From Fidelibacterota bacterium (GTDB lineage Bacteria > Fidelibacterota > Marinisomatia > Marinisomatales > JABMOV01), in the NCBI GenBank assembly GCA_046861395.1, contig JBHHUC010000067.1, positions 1 through 10,005 on the forward strand: a DNA stretch of 10,005 bases, written 5' to 3'. Of this stretch, positions 7,740 through 10,005 are shown one piece after another. Both the position numbers and the translations under genes were made by a program. Under the pieces are notes generated by a model, which worked only from the letters and a program-made list of their open reading frames with translations, made no database searches and had not been told where the DNA came from. Position 1 is the first letter of the stretch; the number at the start of each line of letters is the position of its first letter.

Positions 7740-7807
7740 GCTGACCAAACCAAGGAGGTAGTAGGAGGGTAATGTGAAGGAGTTGCGTTCACGTGCTCAG
7801 CTCACTC
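7728..7807 (-). ncRNA. Candidate small RNA: 11-bp closing stem, three CUCCU motifs, U6 tail
   Basis: Perfect inverted repeat GAGTGAGCTGA(7734-7744)/TCAGCTCACTC(7797-7807), A6 at 7728-7733 (U tract on the minus strand), and three AGGAG motifs inside. No expression evidence. Confidence 0.45.
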
Positions 7808-7820
7808 AAGAAAGGAAATG

Positions 7821-7851
7821 TTGCGCCATGGGAAAAGTTCCCCAATATAAT
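7821..7851 (+). promoter_or_regulatory. Putative sigma70 promoter for the EEP nuclease gene (possibly leaderless)
   Basis: TTGCGC(7821-7826)-19 bp-TATAAT(7846-7851), with ATG at 7858 six nt downstream and no SD in between. Confidence 0.45.
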
Positions 7852-7857
7852 TCCAAT

Positions 7858-8847
7858 ATGTTAAGAATTCTATTTATTGTACTTTTCTGCACTGTTGCCT
7901 CTCTCCATTCCCAGGACGGTGGAACCTTTGCTTTTTGGAACGTCGAAAATTTATTTGATTTATACGATGATCCGGTCAAGAATGACGATGAATTTGCCCT
8001 GAACGGTAAAAAGAATAATTCGGTTGAACGCTTCCAACTCAAATTGGACCACATGGCCGAAGTCATGACTGAACTGAATGCCGATGTCCTGGGGCTTTGT
8101 GAAGTTGAAAACCACTACGTCCTGGATCAATTAAACCGGACTTTTACAGCCCGGAACTATTCCATCATCCACGTGGATTCACCTGACGAACGAGGCATTG
8201 ATGTGGCCTTGCTTTATGATCCGGATTACATTCAAATCCTGCACGAAGGTGTCATTCCCGTACCCCTGCCGAATGACGACAAAACCAGAGATATCCTGTA
8301 TGTGGTTGGACGCCGGGCGGGGCACGATATTCACATTTTCATCAATCACTGGCCCTCAAAATGGGGGGGTGTGGAAGCAACGATTCCACTGCGGGCAGCA
8401 GCGGGCAAGACCCTGCGACGGGCTGTGGACCGCATTCTCAGTGTCGATTCATTTGCCGATATTCTCATCATGGGTGATCTCAATGATGAGCCCTTCGAAC
8501 CGTCCATCACAGAACATCTAGGCGCCCCGTTATACCGTGGACAGGATGTGACTGAATTTACACTGACCGATCTCATGACAACGGTCTTTGACGCGCCCGA
8601 CCAGGGAACATATATGTTTAACGGTAAGCATAGCGTAATCGATCATATTATCGTCAGTCGGGGCATCCTGGATTCCCGGGGTTGGAGCGGTTCCATAAAG
8701 GACGTCCGTGTCCTGGACAAATCCAAATACCGGCAACAGAGTGGCAAGTATAAAGATTATCCCTTCCGATTCTGGGCCGGGAATCGTCTCTTGGGTGGCT
8801 ATTCCGATCATCTACCAGTCCTGATTCGTTTAACCGTAGCACCCTGA
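7858..8847 (+). CDS. Exported endonuclease/exonuclease/phosphatase (EEP) family protein, 329 aa (start re-assigned from GTG 7774)
   Basis: Signal peptide MLRILFIVLFCTVASLHSQ; motifs FWNVENLFD, CEVEN, NHWPS, MGDLND, IDHI, GYSDHLPV. Confidence 0.9.
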   Translation: MLRILFIVLFCTVASLHSQDGGTFAFWNVENLFDLYDDPVKNDDEFALNGKKNNSVERFQLKLDHMAEVMTELNADVLGLCEVENHYVLDQLNRTFTARNYSIIHVDSPDERGIDVALLYDPDYIQILHEGVIPVPLPNDDKTRDILYVVGRRAGHDIHIFINHWPSKWGGVEATIPLRAAAGKTLRRAVDRILSVDSFADILIMGDLNDEPFEPSITEHLGAPLYRGQDVTEFTLTDLMTTVFDAPDQGTYMFNGKHSVIDHIIVSRGILDSRGWSGSIKDVRVLDKSKYRQQSGKYKDYPFRFWAGNRLLGGYSDHLPVLIRLTVAP

Positions 8848-8868
8848 TATCGCTTAGAGGGCACACTC

Positions 8869-9588
8869 ATGAATCATCCATTTGTCATGTTTAGCGCCGC
8901 CCATTTCTATGTCGTTGTGCTGAATCTGGCCTTCGGTGCGATTCTCATCTATATCGGTGTAAAGACCCGAGGAACACCGGTTGAAACCGCCATTCGCTTG
9001 TTTCTGGTTGGTGCATTATGGTTCATCTGGGTTTATCTGCGCGTCTGGCGTATCCGGCATGAGATGTTTTCCATTCAGGAAGACCTGCCCATTCATCTTT
9101 GTGGATTTTCGTCTTTTCTGGTTCCAATTATGTTGTTGAATAAGGATTTCAAATTCTACGAAGTCATGTACTATTGGGGATTGGGAGGTGCCACGCAATC
9201 GCTGTTGACACCCACTGTGGAACAGGGTTTTCCCCATTTTCTTTTTTTTGAATTCTTCTTTACCCATGCCCTGATTATTACCGGCGTTTTGTATGCAACC
9301 TTTGTCTTTCGCTACCAACCCACGTTTCGCGGGTTGTGGAATACCTGGCTTTTCACAGCCTTTCTCTTAATTCCGATTGGCATTATCAACCATGAGTTGA
9401 ATGCCAACTATTTTTTCATTGCCGGAAAACCTGACACAGCCTCTCTGCTGGATATTCTGGGACCCTGGCCATGGTATCTGATTTCCCTTTCCGGGGTGGC
9501 GTTTTTGATTTTCGTCCTTTGCTGGTTGCCCTTTTTTATCATGGACCGAATCAGAAAAAGAAAAGGACTTTCGGTCGCGAATACCTGA
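8869..9588 (+). CDS. TIGR02206/YwaF family integral membrane protein
   Basis: Multiple hydrophobic helices; LPIHLC, YYWGLGGATQSLLTP, FFFTH, NANYFFI, LGPWPWY motifs; GAGG upstream of ATG. Confidence 0.88.
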   Translation: MNHPFVMFSAAHFYVVVLNLAFGAILIYIGVKTRGTPVETAIRLFLVGALWFIWVYLRVWRIRHEMFSIQEDLPIHLCGFSSFLVPIMLLNKDFKFYEVMYYWGLGGATQSLLTPTVEQGFPHFLFFEFFFTHALIITGVLYATFVFRYQPTFRGLWNTWLFTAFLLIPIGIINHELNANYFFIAGKPDTASLLDILGPWPWYLISLSGVAFLIFVLCWLPFFIMDRIRKRKGLSVANT

Positions 9589-9655
9589 AAGGCCCCTGGG
9601 AGGGAACTTCAGTATCCATTTTTACATCATGATGATATGATTTTGGAGTCTGGAA

Positions 9656-9727
9656 TTACCTCGTCAGGGATAAAATGTCTATAGCCGCCGATTACCAAAA
9701 TCAACCAACCTCGTAGAGGTTGCATGT
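9656..9727 (+). repeat. REP-like composite unit 1 (hairpin - ATGTCTATAGC - spacer - hairpin)
   Basis: TTACCTC-GTCA-GGGATAA (9656-9673, imperfect), ATGTCTATAGC (9675-9685), CAACCTC-GTA-GAGGTTG (9706-9722). Confidence 0.8.
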
Positions 9728-9755
9728 CCATCGGGCAATCCAAAACAACATTTCC

Positions 9756-9827
9756 TATTCAACACCTGACGGCGTTGGGGTTTTTTGCATAAACATTTGC
9801 TATAGACATTCGATTCCTACGGAATCG
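9756..9827 (-). repeat. REP-like composite unit 2 (inverted)
   Basis: Minus strand reads CGATTCC-GTA-GGAATCG (9827-9811), ATGTCTATAGC (9809-9799), CAACGCC-GTCA-GGTGTTG (9777-9760). Confidence 0.8.
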
Positions 9828-9941
9828 TTTTTTTCCGGAAAAAATTCTAGTGTGTTAAATCGTAGCAAAATCCCGGAAAGCATAGAAAATGCCTTGATAT
9901 TTTAATAACCTCATAGTTCAAAACAGTAGGGTATACGCCAA

Positions 9942-10005
9942 TAACCCCGTAGGGGTTAGATGTCTATAGCCATCCGATTGCCAAAATCACCAACCCCAGC
10001 GGGGT
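9942..10005 (+). repeat. REP-like composite unit 3 (truncated by window edge)
   Basis: TAACCCC-GTA-GGGGTTA (9942-9958), ATGTCTATAGC (9960-9970), spacer nearly identical to unit 1, ACCCC-AGC-GGGGT (9993-10005). Confidence 0.8.

Noticed and set aside
7774..7857. GTG 7774 start for the nuclease with AGGAGG upstream
   Set aside because: Adds 28 residues ahead of a clean signal peptide and lies inside the 11-bp inverted repeat; disfavoured but not excluded.
9625..9634. 10-bp palindrome CATCATGATG
   Set aside because: Single short palindrome expected by chance in 10 kb.
9720..9905. 61-aa ORF
   Set aside because: TTG start without RBS, runs through the repeat elements, no motif.
9656..10005. CRISPR array interpretation of the right-end repeats
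   Set aside because: Units alternate orientation, spacing is irregular, internal spacers of units 1 and 3 are near-identical rather than unique, and no cas genes are present.

Overview
Bacterial chromosomal window, probably from an FCB-group organism (Marinimicrobia/Calditrichota/KSB1/Ignavibacteria-like; inferred from a T9SS-type C-terminal sorting domain and the gene repertoire). Left to right: tRNA-Met(CAT) bracketed by two structurally identical but sequence-divergent hairpins, a small stand-alone GIY-YIG nuclease, a putative outer-membrane beta-barrel protein (+), a minus-strand cluster of SAM methyltransferase, M14 zinc peptidase with sorting domain and DNA polymerase IV (dinB), an AT-rich segment with a second beta-barrel gene (-), then tRNA-Gly(CCC), der/engA, a YigZ-family gene, an exported EEP-family nuclease, a TIGR02206/YwaF membrane protein, and a cluster of REP-like hairpin repeats running off the right edge. 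The most interesting non-coding signals are (i) the covarying TAC/TAC-internal-loop hairpins around tRNA-Met next to the GIY-YIG gene, (ii) the modular hairpin-ATGTCTATAGC repeats at 9656-10005, and (iii) a candidate ~80-nt sRNA carrying three anti-Shine-Dalgarno motifs at 7728-7807. No database searches were run, so novelty is unverified.
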